This document shows, in pieces, positions 62,925 to 64,000 of a stretch of DNA of 64,000 nt. Both the position numbers and the translations under genes were made by a program. Origin of the DNA: Trueperaceae bacterium (GTDB lineage Bacteria > Deinococcota > Deinococci > Deinococcales > Trueperaceae); the NCBI GenBank assembly GCA_965214405.1, contig OZ243956.1:2464001-2528000 (forward strand), read 5' to 3'. The notes beneath the pieces are model-generated. The model had not been told where the DNA came from and ran no database searches. It saw only the letters and a list, made by a program, of their open reading frames with translations. Each line of letters starts with the position of its first letter. Positions within the stretch are counted from its first letter, which is position 1.

Positions 62925-63698
62925 GTGTCCATCTCGAGAAGAATCCTCTACGGCCTCCTCCTGTCCGTCCTCAGCTTGGGCGGCTGTCAGCGGGCGGTTA
63001 CGACGCTCGAGCCACAGGTGCTCGAGACTTATCCGCACGACAGCGACGCGTTCACGCAGGGGCTTCTTTTTTATAACGGTTACTTTTACGAGAGCACGGG
63101 GATTCGGGGCCGCTCCTCACTGCGCGAGGTTATTCCCGAAACAGGGGAGGTGCTGCGCGCGTTGCCTTTGCCCGACAGGTACTTTGGCGAGGGACTGGCG
63201 CGCGTTGACGATAAACTCATCCAGATTACTTGGCAGAGCGAAACGGCCTTTGTGTACGATTTGGCAACGTTCAACGCCGTGGGCGACTTTTCTTACGCGG
63301 GCGAGGGTTGGGGGATTTGCTACGACGGGGTGAACCTTTACATGAGCAACGGCAGCGCGACGCTTACTGTGCGCGACCCCACAACTTTTGAGGCGATTCG
63401 GGAAATCAGCGTGACGCAGGGCGGCACGCCGGTGACGGAGCTTAACGAGCTCGAGTGCGTCGACAACGACATCTACGCCAACGTCTGGCGCACCAACCGC
63501 ATCGTCAGAATTGACAAAGAAGATGGACACGTCGTCGCCGACATCGACGCCTCCGGGCTGCTCTCAGCCGAGGAGCGGGGGAGCCTCGAGCCCAACGCGG
63601 TGCTCAACGGCATTGCTTACGACCCCGATGACGATACCTTCTTTATCACCGGCAAACTCTGGCCCAAGGTATTTAAGGTACGTTTTGTTGACCAGTAG
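62925..63698 (+). CDS. Glutaminyl-peptide cyclotransferase (type I), lipoprotein
   Basis: YPHDSDAFTQGL, YESTG, FGEG, EGWG, LNELE, VLNGIAYD and TGKLWP motifs. Confidence 0.93.
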   Translation: MSISRRILYGLLLSVLSLGGCQRAVTTLEPQVLETYPHDSDAFTQGLLFYNGYFYESTGIRGRSSLREVIPETGEVLRALPLPDRYFGEGLARVDDKLIQITWQSETAFVYDLATFNAVGDFSYAGEGWGICYDGVNLYMSNGSATLTVRDPTTFEAIREISVTQGGTPVTELNELECVDNDIYANVWRTNRIVRIDKEDGHVVADIDASGLLSAEERGSLEPNAVLNGIAYDPDDDTFFITGKLWPKVFKVRFVDQ

Positions 63699-63738
63699 CA
63701 TGTAAAAAACATGCCTCGCACGCGCTAATGGAATGGGG

Positions 63739-64000
63739 TCAAAGCGCGTCAATTATTCTGGCCAACCTAATATCTAACTCGCTTGTCCCGCTCACATCGT
63801 GCGTGATTAGGGCGAGGGTGACTCTGTTGTAGACGTTGAAAAACTCAGGGTGATGGTTCATCTTCTCGGCGTGGAGCGCCACCTGGGTCATAAAACCGAA
63901 GGCCTCGACAAAGCTGCCAAAGAAGAACGTTTTATGCAGCTTGCCGTTTTTGTACTTCCAATCAGGAAGGTTGGTTAACGCCACTTCAACCTCTGACGCG
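63739..64000 (-). CDS. Pterin-4-alpha-carbinolamine dehydratase (5' end at or beyond the window edge)
   Basis: AEKMNHHPEFFNVYNRV...THD motif; frame open to the edge. Confidence 0.9.
   Translation of the reverse strand, partial: ASEVEVALTNLPDWKYKNGKLHKTFFFGSFVEAFGFMTQVALHAEKMNHHPEFFNVYNRVTLALITHDVSGTSELDIRLARIIDAL

Overview
A GC-rich (~60%) bacterial chromosomal segment. The 16S sequence, its lack of a linked 23S gene, the many leaderless-type -10 boxes and a split NadE all point to Deinococcota, probably Trueperaceae-like (inference, not a database result). Core content: an S8 protease lipoprotein pair, sucA-sucB and a detached lpdA, mscL, ansA, a split glutaminase/nadE pair, a NarL-type two-component system, an RlmD-like methyltransferase, two convergent peptide ABC operons, a stand-alone 16S rRNA gene, nif3-tmk and a glutaminyl cyclase. 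Accessory content: an intact ISAs1 element with a 9-bp TSD, a secreted ankyrin protein, an orphan ThsB-like TIR gene, a run of small co-oriented genes, and five TA-type modules, three with dead or missing toxins. Most notable: (1) a ~15-kb polyamine uptake/catabolism cluster combining PotABCD, two GNATs, a flavin amine oxidase, two class III aminotransferases, an ALDH and a C45 Ntn-hydrolase, suggesting an acylation/deacylation route; (2) strong HIP-like enrichment of the palindrome CTCGAG (~140 copies by hand count versus ~20 expected), often at gene ends and accessory junctions; (3) an ansA gene whose only plausible start codon is ATC; (4) a long structured leader ahead of the polyamine operon.
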